Virus record (IMG/VR): IMGVR_UViG_3300030376_005959
Location: 1 to 26,316 of that record
DNA: 26,316 nucleotides
From: a virus
Lineage: Duplodnaviria; Caudoviricetes
Strand: one strand, 5' to 3'
Part shown: in pieces, positions 1 through 8,621 of the stretch
Layout: each line of letters opens with the position of its first letter
Position numbering within the stretch: position 1 is the first letter of the stretch
Made by a program: the position numbers and the translations under genes
The notes under the pieces: model-generated
Databases searched by the model: none
What the model was told of the DNA's origin: nothing
What the model saw: the letters and a program-made list of their open reading frames with translations, nothing else

Positions 1-1
1 A

Positions 2-349
2 CTAAAAGAGAAAGAGGATTTCAAAACTTTATACGAAAAAACAGCAGGTGAAATGGAAACATATAAATCTCAAGCTGATAAATGGACAAGTTATGAAGCA
101 GCAAAGCGTGATACTCTTTTAAATAGCGTGCCTGAAAACGAGAGAGAAGCTATGTCTAAGTTAGATTTAGAAACTCTTGAGTATGTAACTAATAAAATTA
201 ACGCAAGCAAAGCAAATGCTCCTGAAGTCGTAGGAAACACAAGGACTGTTAATAACATTCCTGATGATTGGACTACAATGGACAGAAAGGATGCAAAAGC
301 TAATTGGGCAGATATACTTGCCAATGCTGCGAAGAAAACTAAAAACTAA
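2..349 (+). CDS. Capsid scaffold protein, C-terminal part (5'-truncated by the window)
   Basis: The frame is open from base 2 (LKEKEDFKTLYEKTAGEMETYK...), so the ATG at 53 is internal. Charged coiled-coil character, directly upstream of the capsid gene. Confidence 0.7.
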   Translation, partial: LKEKEDFKTLYEKTAGEMETYKSQADKWTSYEAAKRDTLLNSVPENEREAMSKLDLETLEYVTNKINASKANAPEVVGNTRTVNNIPDDWTTMDRKDAKANWADILANAAKKTKN

Positions 350-405
350 CCCTACTTGAAAGCCCGATAGAGGGCTGATTGAGGGCAAAATGAAGAGGAA
401 TTACA

Positions 406-1314
406 ATGGCAGTTGGTGATTTAATGGATAAAACCTCCGGTGCAGGATTTATACCTGAGGTTTGGTCTGATTCAATATATAGCTTCTTTTTTAGAGCTAA
501 TGGTTTAAGAAGTAGTGTAGATGATTATAGTGCTTTAGTAAAAGGGAAAGGTGATAAGATTCACATTCCTGCAATCTTAATGCAAGCTGCACAAACAAAA
601 ACAGGTTCTGCTGCAGTAGCTTGGGACACGAACAAAGGTTCTACTCCACAGGCTCACGATGTAACAGCAGTTGAGTTGGATGTAAATACACATATCTATC
701 AAGCTGAAATATTTGAAGATATACTTACAATTCAAGCAGAATATGAGTTGATTAGCAAGTATGCAAAGATGTTTGGTGAGTCTTTGGCACGAAAAGTTGA
801 AACTGATTTATGGGCAGAGCTTGATGGTTTCCAAACAACAGTTACATTAACTGCAGATGATGCAGTTGCTAATGCTGACTTGGAAAGCATTTTGGCAAGT
901 CTATATGATTTAGATATAGACCCTAATCAATGTTCAATGGCTGTAAATCACTTGATTTTAGCTGACCTGTTGAATCCTGCAAATGGGATGGGTTCTTACT
1001 TTACAAGAGCTGATGCTATTCCAAGCAATGGAAATGCAGCAATGGGGACTCATGTTACTTCAGGTGCTAAAGGTCTTATCTATGGAATGGATGTGTACTT
1101 TTCACAAGCTATTTCTGATGGTGGTACTAATAGAAGTGGTGCTGTTTATGTACCCGGAGCTTGTGCTTTTGCAGCATCTCAAGATGTTAGAGTGCAATCA
1201 GAGTACAGCGTTGATTATTTAGGTACTAAAGTCATAGCGGATATGATTTATGGTGCTAAGTTGTTAGATAGTGCAACCAATAAATTAGGGTTGAACTTCG
1301 TAAACGCTTCGTAA
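406..1314 (+). CDS. Major capsid protein (HK97 fold)
   Basis: 302 aa with N-terminal FIPEVWS and GKGDKIHIP and C-terminal SEYSVDYLGTKVIADMIYG motifs typical of phage MCPs. GAGGA SD; follows the scaffold and is followed by a terminator. Confidence 0.9.
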   Translation: MAVGDLMDKTSGAGFIPEVWSDSIYSFFFRANGLRSSVDDYSALVKGKGDKIHIPAILMQAAQTKTGSAAVAWDTNKGSTPQAHDVTAVELDVNTHIYQAEIFEDILTIQAEYELISKYAKMFGESLARKVETDLWAELDGFQTTVTLTADDAVANADLESILASLYDLDIDPNQCSMAVNHLILADLLNPANGMGSYFTRADAIPSNGNAAMGTHVTSGAKGLIYGMDVYFSQAISDGGTNRSGAVYVPGACAFAASQDVRVQSEYSVDYLGTKVIADMIYGAKLLDSATNKLGLNFVNAS

Positions 1315-1333
1315 TCAATAAGTGTTAATCTAA

Positions 1334-1363
1334 AAAGGGGGTGGGCAACTGCCCCCTTTATTT
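1334..1363 (+). terminator. Intrinsic terminator after the capsid gene
   Basis: AAAGGGGGTGG-GCAA-CTGCCCCCTTT stem with a GNRA tetraloop, followed by a T-rich tail. Confidence 0.75.
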
Positions 1364-1373
1364 AAGGGGATTT

Positions 1374-1544
1374 ATGATTTATTTAAAGAGTAAGCAAGGT
1401 GGAAATATATTAGCTTTTAAAGAGCATGATAAAATATCAAATTTATTAGATTCAGGGCAATGGGTGAGAATAAAAAGCAGAAAAGATGAGTCTGAATATG
1501 TTGCTAAAAAGGGCGTGAAAAAGAAGGCAAAAAATGTCAAATAA
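1374..1544 (+). CDS. Small basic hypothetical protein (56 aa)
   Basis: ATG at 1374 preceded by AAGGGGA SD. Lys-rich C-terminus; typical small post-capsid gene. Confidence 0.6.
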   Translation: MIYLKSKQGGNILAFKEHDKISNLLDSGQWVRIKSRKDESEYVAKKGVKKKAKNVK

Positions 1545-1698
1545 ACCTGCTTGCAATCCAAATACAGTAACAGGTCAAAATAGGGTTATTCGTAAGAAGG
1601 GTGATTTAAATGGTGCAGGTAAAGGGGATTGGATGAGAATCCCTAATAACGATGAAGTTTATAAAAAGAATTACGATAAAATAGATTGGTCTAAATGA
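1534..1698 (+). CDS. Small hypothetical phage protein (54 aa; not in ORF track)
   Basis: MSNKPACNPNTVTGQNRVIRKKGDLNGAGKGDWMRIPNNDEVYKKNYDKIDWSK. The GKGD..R....Y..NYDKI.W pattern resembles small phage proteins; ATGA overlap with the lysozyme start. Confidence 0.7.
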   Translation: MSNKPACNPNTVTGQNRVIRKKGDLNGAGKGDWMRIPNNDEVYKKNYDKIDWSK

Positions 1699-2117
1699 AA
1701 GATTTATTAGAGAAGATTAAAGAGCATGAAGGGTTTGTTGAGCATGTCTATGATGACTCTCTTGGCATACCAACTATAGGATATGGATTTGCAATTAAAG
1801 ACCTTGTTTTAGATGAGGATATTGCAGAGGAAATCCTTATTAGAAAATTAGAAAAATTAAAACGCAACGCAATTAGTCGCTTTAAGTGGCTTGAAGATAT
1901 GCCACAAGAGGTGCAAGAAGTTGTAATCAATATGTGTTATCAGCTTGGCGTTACAGGCGTTTCAAAGTTTAGAAAAGCAATATCAGCATTACAAGAAGGT
2001 GAATGGAATGAGGCTGCTGATGAAATGCTTGACAGTTTATGGGCGAAGCAAACGCCTAATAGAGCTACAGAATTATCAAACATAGTAAGGAATCAGGTTG
2101 AGAAAATCGGCTCTTAG
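1695..2117 (+). CDS. Endolysin, T4-type lysozyme (GH24)
   Basis: HEG..VYDDSLGIPTIGYG contains the E/D/T catalytic triad. C-terminal AADEMLDSLWAKQTPNRA matches the T4 lysozyme pattern. Confidence 0.92.
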   Translation: MKDLLEKIKEHEGFVEHVYDDSLGIPTIGYGFAIKDLVLDEDIAEEILIRKLEKLKRNAISRFKWLEDMPQEVQEVVINMCYQLGVTGVSKFRKAISALQEGEWNEAADEMLDSLWAKQTPNRATELSNIVRNQVEKIGS

Positions 2118-2874
2118 AAGAGCAGTAGTAACACCTGATAAACATTTCCCATATGCTGATATGCCTGCTATCAATGTTGTGTGCAGAGCTATTGAAATCG
2201 TCAAACCCGATATTTATATTGATTTAGGCGATACAGGGGAGTGGGAGAACTTTTCGCATTGGAAGTGGAAACGAAAACGAAAGCCTCCTCTTGAGCATAT
2301 GATACCACAGCTTGAAACAGATGTGATTGATGTCAATGCAGGAATGGATATTATTGACGAATCACTTGATAAAGTTAATTGTCAGGAAAAGCATTTTTGT
2401 GAAGGTAATCACGAGCAATGGTTAGAGATGTTTGTTGAAGAGCATCCATATTTACCTAAATATATGCCTGCTACTGCACTTAAATTAAAAGAACGAGGCT
2501 ATGAGTTCCACGATTGTGGGAAGCTCCTTAAAATAGGCAAAATGAACTTCTATCACGGTCATCACTATGGTGGTCAGTATCACGCTGCTAATCACCTTCG
2601 TAAACTTGGTGGGAATATAATGTACGGGCATTGGCACGACTTACAGTATATGAGTGCTACCCATATGGATGGTGCTAAAGGGGCTTGGTCAATAGGATGC
2701 CTTAAAGACATGAGTGCAGAGAAAAATGCTTGGCTTGGTAATAGAAAGATTAATTGGGGACACGCTTTCGCTATAATTGATTTTTATGACAGAGGAAGAT
2801 TTACAGTAGATGTTGTTCAAATAATTGACGGTAAGGCAACTGTGTGGGGTGAGTTGATTGATGGGAACAAGTAA
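2098..2874 (+). CDS. Calcineurin-like metallophosphoesterase
   Basis: DKH, LGD, EGNHE, HGH and GHWH metal-binding motifs in canonical order. TTG start with AAGGA SD. Confidence 0.88.
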   Translation: MRKSALRRAVVTPDKHFPYADMPAINVVCRAIEIVKPDIYIDLGDTGEWENFSHWKWKRKRKPPLEHMIPQLETDVIDVNAGMDIIDESLDKVNCQEKHFCEGNHEQWLEMFVEEHPYLPKYMPATALKLKERGYEFHDCGKLLKIGKMNFYHGHHYGGQYHAANHLRKLGGNIMYGHWHDLQYMSATHMDGAKGAWSIGCLKDMSAEKNAWLGNRKINWGHAFAIIDFYDRGRFTVDVVQIIDGKATVWGELIDGNK

Positions 2875-3137
2875 TGGATTTAAATATAATAGACCAATAT
2901 GGATTGCCCATAGCAATAACAATCGCTTTCGGTTACTTTATTTGGAAACAACAAACTTGGATTCAAAAAGAATTAGTAGATGATTTAGAGAATCAGTTTC
3001 GTAGGCTTGAAGGCATTATAATTAAACTGATTGACCAACAAAAGATTACGCAAATGGATTTAAAACAAGTAAAGGGCTATATTGAGGGTATTGAAGATAT
3101 ACTTTCAAGGCTTATGAATGGAGAACCAAAAGAATGA
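2874..3137 (+). CDS. Holin-like single-TM membrane protein
   Basis: N-terminal hydrophobic helix (YGLPIAITIAFGYFIW) followed by a coiled coil; located in the lysis cassette; TAATG coupling. Confidence 0.55.
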   Translation: MDLNIIDQYGLPIAITIAFGYFIWKQQTWIQKELVDDLENQFRRLEGIIIKLIDQQKITQMDLKQVKGYIEGIEDILSRLMNGEPKE

Positions 3138-3277
3138 CTGATTCTTTAAAAACTATAGGAACAAGCGTAGGAACTATTGCTGTAAATATTTGGGAGTTAG
3201 TTCCTGAAGCGTTAGGGGTTTTACTAATCATATTAAACATAATTTATGTGTTTTTAAAAATAAAGAAGGAGTATTAG
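3134..3277 (+). CDS. Small membrane protein, holin-like (47 aa; not in ORF track)
   Basis: MTDSLKTIGTSVGTIAVNIWELVPEALGVLLIILNIIYVFLKIKKEY. ATGA overlap, GGAG SD, hydrophobic helices with a basic tail; exactly fills the gap between neighbours. Confidence 0.7.
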   Translation: MTDSLKTIGTSVGTIAVNIWELVPEALGVLLIILNIIYVFLKIKKEY

Positions 3278-3278
3278 A

Positions 3279-3578
3279 ATGTTAGCATCTTTGACAGCAT
3301 TAGCAACAAAAAAGGTAGCAGTTTATGCAGGTATGGGAGTAGCAGGATGTGTGGCTGCTTGGGTATTGAAAAAGATACCTAATGCAACAATTAAGGCTAA
3401 ATTTGGCTCTTGGATGTATAGTCTCGGAGTTGTATGTACTTTAGGGCTTGGTAAATGGAAATGGACTAAATCAATTTGGAATAAGACTCTTGAGCCATAT
3501 TGTATTGATGCCATAGATAATATTTTAGTTACAGGTATTTCTAAATTCGTAGAGGGTCTTCGTTCAGACAATGCCTAA
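3279..3578 (+). CDS. Membrane protein, possible holin or lysis accessory
   Basis: Two hydrophobic segments; AAGGAG SD; located in the lysis cassette. Confidence 0.55.
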   Translation: MLASLTALATKKVAVYAGMGVAGCVAAWVLKKIPNATIKAKFGSWMYSLGVVCTLGLGKWKWTKSIWNKTLEPYCIDAIDNILVTGISKFVEGLRSDNA

Positions 3579-4458
3579 AGATTTAAACATAGAAAACCCT
3601 CTTGATAATCATCTAAAGCCTGTTAAGGATTCAGATGGTACTGATAGTGCATTAGAGATTTCTACTGAAGATGTAAGAGTTAAGAATTTAACAGTATCAG
3701 GTACAACTACAGGAATTTCAGGTTCTGATGATACTAAATTACCTCTTGCAGGTGGTACTGTTACAGGTGATATTACTATGAGTGATGCAGGGTTAGCCAA
3801 TGTAAAAGAAATTATTATGGCAGCAGGAGAAGATGGTATTTCACTTGATGGTGGCAGTAACTATATTATGGCATTTAAAGATGAAGATAATATGGCTTCT
3901 AATAGTGATAGTGCAATTTGTTCACAACAATCTATCAAAGCTTATGTAGATGCAAGCTCAGGTGGTGGAGGTGGTGGTGGAACATCAAGATGGAGTCATG
4001 TGTTTGGAGGGTATAAAACAGCAAATGGAAGTGATACACTTTATTACTTTCAATATTATCCTAATAGAAGAGATTGGAGTAATTCAGAGAGTTCTCCTAC
4101 AAGCATAACTGACCTTGATATGTCATCTGCTGAATGGATTGCACCTGCTAATGGTACAATAACAAGGCTTGATGTTATATTAAAAATGTCAGGAACTGCT
4201 GATGATTTAAAGTTTTATGTATATAAAGGCTCTCCTTCAGAAGCTACAGCTTATGACAACCTTTCTTTAACATTACTCGCTACAAGTGATGCAGTTGGAG
4301 CAACTACAACTAATAAAGGGTACTTTAGTTCTACAACATTTTCAAGTAGCAATACATTTAGTGCAGGAGATTGTTTATTTATTTTTTTAAAAAAAGAAAC
4401 AGATAGTGGTTCTACACATCATTATTTTAGTGGTACTATTAGTGGGGAGTTTAGTTAA
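3571..4458 (+). CDS. Virion fibre-like protein
   Basis: KLPLAGGTVTG and DEDNMASNSDSAICSQQSIKAYVD fibre-type motifs, a Gly7 linker and a beta-rich C-terminal domain. Confidence 0.65.
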   Translation: MPKDLNIENPLDNHLKPVKDSDGTDSALEISTEDVRVKNLTVSGTTTGISGSDDTKLPLAGGTVTGDITMSDAGLANVKEIIMAAGEDGISLDGGSNYIMAFKDEDNMASNSDSAICSQQSIKAYVDASSGGGGGGGTSRWSHVFGGYKTANGSDTLYYFQYYPNRRDWSNSESSPTSITDLDMSSAEWIAPANGTITRLDVILKMSGTADDLKFYVYKGSPSEATAYDNLSLTLLATSDAVGATTTNKGYFSSTTFSSSNTFSAGDCLFIFLKKETDSGSTHHYFSGTISGEFS

Positions 4459-4595
4459 TGGAAAAAATTGATAAAACATCTTTAGAGTATCAAGATATAG
4501 ATATAAATGTAGATGAAAATACATCATCTGAACTATTGATAAAAAATTTGATAGATAAAATTAATGAAATAGTAGATTGGATTAATTCACAATGA
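4458..4595 (+). CDS. Small acidic protein (45 aa; not in ORF track)
   Basis: MEKIDKTSLEYQDIDINVDENTSSELLIKNLIDKINEIVDWINSQ. TAATG and ATGA overlaps with both neighbours; GGGGAG SD. Confidence 0.7.
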   Translation: MEKIDKTSLEYQDIDINVDENTSSELLIKNLIDKINEIVDWINSQ

Positions 4596-5386
4596 GTTTA
4601 ACAAGTAAAACAAAAAAAGATAGTTATAAAGACATATTACAAATGGATAACTCCAATAGTGGTATTGATGCTACTACAAGGGTTGTTAAGGATGGAGAAG
4701 GAACTGAAAGTGCATTATCCCTTTCTGATGACCAAGTTTCAATAACTCCAAAAGATTCTGATGGTACTGCAATATTAAAAGTAACAAATAAAAGTGGAAC
4801 TGCTTTTTTAACAGCAGATTCAAGTAACAGTTTAGTAAGTGCAAGTGGTCATAAGGTAAACACTCAATATGCTTATTTTGGGGCAAATGCTGCTGCAATA
4901 GATACATTTGCAGCCAATACACACTATCCATTAGCATTTTCATCAGCAAGTGGAGGAAATCCAAGTGTTAATGATACTGATTTTGGAACAGGAACAGACC
5001 CTGATACTACTTTTACTACTGCTAATACTGATACACAGTATGCTTCTCAATTAGTGCCTATGTTATGGTATGTGAATGATAATATAACTATTGATGAGAT
5101 AAAGCATTTTGAAGGTGCTGATGCTGCATCAGGTGATACTACAAGGATGCATTTAATGAGCTACACCTTTACTTCAGGAAGTACAAGTTGTTTAACATCA
5201 GGGGCAGTAGTTGCAAATACTTCAGCAGACAATACTAATGCAGGCAATGAGCAGCCATATTTGAAAGATTGGAGCATAGGAACAGCAGATATTGATGCAG
5301 GTAAAGTTTTATTATGTATGTTTAGGTCAGATTCAGTTAATTCAGACTACTCACTATCAGTAACAATTAAATATCATTTAAGGTAA
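4592..5386 (+). CDS. Virion fibre-like/structural protein
   Basis: 264 aa, Ser/Thr/Asp-rich and beta-rich; shares an N-terminal motif with 3571..4458. Confidence 0.55.
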   Translation: MSLTSKTKKDSYKDILQMDNSNSGIDATTRVVKDGEGTESALSLSDDQVSITPKDSDGTAILKVTNKSGTAFLTADSSNSLVSASGHKVNTQYAYFGANAAAIDTFAANTHYPLAFSSASGGNPSVNDTDFGTGTDPDTTFTTANTDTQYASQLVPMLWYVNDNITIDEIKHFEGADAASGDTTRMHLMSYTFTSGSTSCLTSGAVVANTSADNTNAGNEQPYLKDWSIGTADIDAGKVLLCMFRSDSVNSDYSLSVTIKYHLR

Positions 5387-5396
5387 GGAAAGAAAA

Positions 5397-7055
5397 ATGG
5401 CAAAATATACAAAGAAAGCAGGAGATAGTTTAAAAGTAGATTTAAATGTTACTTATGGTGATAAGTCTTTATCTAAATCTATTGAAAAATCATTTTCTGA
5501 AGAAATTATACAAAGAAAAGAAGTTGATTCAACAGATGAGGGTGTTCAGGTAGTTGCATTTAATGATGCAAGTTTTTTAGCAAGTTCTCTTAAAAATGCT
5601 AAAGGTTTACTAATTTGTAATGAGGGTGATGTTGGCGCAGAGATATCTATGAATATAGCAACTTGGACACATGGCACTCCTGATGCTAATGCAAGTGGTG
5701 GTGGCACAGACTTAAAAAGAGTATTAAATTCAGGTGAGTTTTTTTATATGCCAAACTTATCCATGCTTCAATTTAGTGCAGCAAATTCAGCTGCTTCAGG
5801 TGCAGTTTTAGGTAATGCAGATACTCCAACAGATATGTATGTAGATTCAGGAGTTAATCTTGATGCTAATTTTGAAGATAGTGAAGTAGGGTTACAGGTT
5901 GCAGATATTGCTCCATTTGAAGTTGGTGATTTGATTCAGATAGGAATAAATGATACTACTGCAACAAGAATTGAGGTTATGGAGATTTTAGCTATTACAG
6001 ATGATAGTGGAACAGATGATGATGGAGCAGGAATATTAAGAGTAAACAGAGCATTGTATGGAACAAGTAAAGCTGATAAAGATGCACAAACAGATTCTAC
6101 TAATGGTGCTGTTAGTGGTGCTAATGTTTACTTTCCAATTTTTAATGCGTATTATGATTATGATACTGCTTTATCAGGTTCATCACAATTAATAATGACA
6201 GATGGGCAAGGTAGGTATAAAATAAATAACTTTTTTGGTTATGCAAGAAGTGCAGTAGCAAGGGATGAAGGGCAAGGTGTAGTGGCAGGAAGTATTGCAA
6301 TTAAGTTTTATGAAAGTGCCTACCATGAAATTAATTTTAAAAAACCTATTACAGCCTCTACTGATAGTAAATTGACTGCAAACACAGCTTATGCCTTTGA
6401 CTTAACTTTAGATGATTCTTTACCTCCTACTCTAACATTTACAGCTTCAAGCAACACAAAGTTTGGTGGTAGTGATGGTATAATAAGATTGATGCAAGAT
6501 GCTATTGATACTGCATCACAAACAGCAGGTAATAGGCTCTTTGGATATTCTGCTACAGTAAGTATTGTTAATGGTAAGTTAAGAATTACATCTAATTCAC
6601 ACATGGCTCCACATGATGGCACAAATGGTTCTAAAGTATTAATAGCAGATGCTTCTTCAGGTACAGATTTATTTACAGGTAGTGTTGGAATATTCCCTGA
6701 TGATGCTGATTTTCCTGCTCCTGTAGAGCCTGTTTTACCTGATGATATTGTTATAAATAGAGCTGACAATACAACATATCCTAATGTTGATGCTTTTATG
6801 TATGATGATGGGCATGGAAATCTTATTTATCAAGGCAATATTGTTGGGTCTGTATCATATAAAACAGGTGCTATGGATTGGGCTATTGCAAGTTTACCTT
6901 ATGCTCAATTTGTTTTAAATGTTGCCTATAATTCAGCATTTAGTGGTGGTGTGAAAGTATTAGCAGGTAATGCAGACACAGGTATTTCATCAATATTTGC
7001 AAGAAGTGTAAACAATAAGATAAATACAACTATTGGTGTATACGCTTTTAATTAA
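5397..7055 (+). CDS. Large multidomain virion structural protein
   Basis: 552 aa, acidic, Ala/Gly/Ser/Thr-rich, within the structural operon; AAGGA SD. Function not assignable. Confidence 0.55.
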   Translation: MAKYTKKAGDSLKVDLNVTYGDKSLSKSIEKSFSEEIIQRKEVDSTDEGVQVVAFNDASFLASSLKNAKGLLICNEGDVGAEISMNIATWTHGTPDANASGGGTDLKRVLNSGEFFYMPNLSMLQFSAANSAASGAVLGNADTPTDMYVDSGVNLDANFEDSEVGLQVADIAPFEVGDLIQIGINDTTATRIEVMEILAITDDSGTDDDGAGILRVNRALYGTSKADKDAQTDSTNGAVSGANVYFPIFNAYYDYDTALSGSSQLIMTDGQGRYKINNFFGYARSAVARDEGQGVVAGSIAIKFYESAYHEINFKKPITASTDSKLTANTAYAFDLTLDDSLPPTLTFTASSNTKFGGSDGIIRLMQDAIDTASQTAGNRLFGYSATVSIVNGKLRITSNSHMAPHDGTNGSKVLIADASSGTDLFTGSVGIFPDDADFPAPVEPVLPDDIVINRADNTTYPNVDAFMYDDGHGNLIYQGNIVGSVSYKTGAMDWAIASLPYAQFVLNVAYNSAFSGGVKVLAGNADTGISSIFARSVNNKINTTIGVYAFN

Positions 7056-7064
7056 GGAGAAATT

Positions 7065-7136
7065 ATGGCATATGGTAAAGGTTCTTATGGGAAAAAGGCA
7101 AAAGCCCCCAAAAAGAAAAAGAAGCGAGGCAAGTAG
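7065..7136 (+). CDS. Very small basic peptide (23 aa; not in ORF track)
   Basis: MAYGKGSYGKKAKAPKKKKKRGK with a strong TAAGGAG SD at canonical spacing. Confidence 0.65.
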   Translation: MAYGKGSYGKKAKAPKKKKKRGK

Positions 7137-7204
7137 CCTTGTTTAAGAGGAGAGATTAGTTGTATATTACAAGTATAATTTTATATAAGATTTAAGGGGG
7201 TTGC

Positions 7205-8161
7205 ATGGCAACTGCACCAATTTATTGTACCCATAAGGAATTAAAGCGTGTATTCCCACAATTAGATGAGTTTGACACTAAAGTTCAAGTATTTGGTTGG
7301 ACAACAGTATCAACTAACAAGTACGCTTCTCATAATAGTGGTTTAGTTACGCAACTTTTTGCAGATGGTGAAGATTTAGGAGCAGCACAATCTGCTCATA
7401 CTGATTTAAATGTTGAAGGGGAATGGTTTTATAATTCAGCAGAAGATGTGCTTTATTATTATTCAGCAAGTTCGCCTGCCGATAAACTGATGGAAGCAGG
7501 GGAAGAGTTTACTGCTATGGTAACTCAATTTAGAACTGATGCAAGTAGATATTTAGATTCAAAGTTAGACCCTAATTTACCTTCTAATCAACTTAAAGAT
7601 AAGTCAGGTAATTTTGATTATATGATTATAAGAAGTGCTGCTTTGTTGGCTGCTGTTTTTATGATTAGGGCTACTGACCCAACAAGCGAAATGGCTACTG
7701 CTATGATGGAAGAGGCAGAAGGCAATATAGATGCTCTAAATAATGGTAGGGCTGCTTTATCACATCAAAATACTGCTGATTCATCTAAAGGTGTAATTAG
7801 AGATGTAGGGACAGTTAGTGGAACAGTTAGACCTGTAGATACTCGTGGGCATTATAGTGGCACATACGATTTAATTAAGATTAAGATTATAGCAGGGGAT
7901 GTAATTGGAACTGCTACATACTCTGTATGGACAAAGGATGGCGATAAACTTGGTATGAACGAAGGCAATCAAGTCGTTACAGCAGAAACTATAAATGGTG
8001 ATTATCAAGCTTTGGCAGGAGGACTGCAAGTAAGATTTGCAGGTACAGACTTTGATTCTACTGCTGTTGTAAATGATACATGGGAAGTGGAAGTGCAGGG
8101 TTGGTCAGAGGAAGTAGATTCCAACACATTGAAGCCTATTAGAATGACTCGTAGGTATTAA
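7205..8161 (+). CDS. Head-tail adaptor (neck) protein with extra domains
   Basis: N-terminal YCT..EL and helical ASRYLDSKL core typical of adaptors; precedes the terminator and tube genes. Confidence 0.6.
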   Translation: MATAPIYCTHKELKRVFPQLDEFDTKVQVFGWTTVSTNKYASHNSGLVTQLFADGEDLGAAQSAHTDLNVEGEWFYNSAEDVLYYYSASSPADKLMEAGEEFTAMVTQFRTDASRYLDSKLDPNLPSNQLKDKSGNFDYMIIRSAALLAAVFMIRATDPTSEMATAMMEEAEGNIDALNNGRAALSHQNTADSSKGVIRDVGTVSGTVRPVDTRGHYSGTYDLIKIKIIAGDVIGTATYSVWTKDGDKLGMNEGNQVVTAETINGDYQALAGGLQVRFAGTDFDSTAVVNDTWEVEVQGWSEEVDSNTLKPIRMTRRY

Positions 8162-8164
8162 TAG

Positions 8165-8614
8165 ATGCCTACTTTATCATCAGGTGGAACATTTGAGAAT
8201 AATTGGAAGAATATTCTTGATAAGTTAAGGAGTGTTCTTCGTACTGAATATGGGAACACTTTACCTGTATTTATAGGTGATGAGGATTCATCAACAAGTA
8301 GTCAGTATATTCGCCTTGACCCACAGAGTAGCGAGCTTATTGAGCAAAATGTAGGCTATGAAACAAGAGAATTTACTGTAAATGTTTTTTATGTTTTTTC
8401 AGGGGTTAATGTTAAGAAGACTGCCCTTGACCATATTTTAAGATTTGTATCAAGAACTGAAGCGTTGATTCACGATAATGGTTCAATGAATTTAGCTTCA
8501 GGTACTGCACATGATTGTAGGTTTCAATCTACTGAACTTGGGACAGATGAAGAGGAAAATGTTTATATAGTTAGTTGGGTATGGCAATGCTCACTAATGG
8601 GCAATATTAGTTAG
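8165..8614 (+). CDS. Tail terminator/completion protein
   Basis: 149 aa alpha/beta pattern (helix, YIRLDP, TREFTVNVFY strand, helix, two strands); located upstream of the tail tube gene. Confidence 0.6.
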   Translation: MPTLSSGGTFENNWKNILDKLRSVLRTEYGNTLPVFIGDEDSSTSSQYIRLDPQSSELIEQNVGYETREFTVNVFYVFSGVNVKKTALDHILRFVSRTEALIHDNGSMNLASGTAHDCRFQSTELGTDEEENVYIVSWVWQCSLMGNIS

Positions 8615-8621
8615 GAGCGTT

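Noticed and set aside
1341-1373. GTG start extension of the post-capsid ORF
   Set aside because: It lies inside the terminator hairpin; the ATG at 1374 has a proper SD.
3961-3981. GGT/GGA run as a DNA repeat element
   Set aside because: It encodes an ordinary poly-Gly linker in a fibre-like protein.
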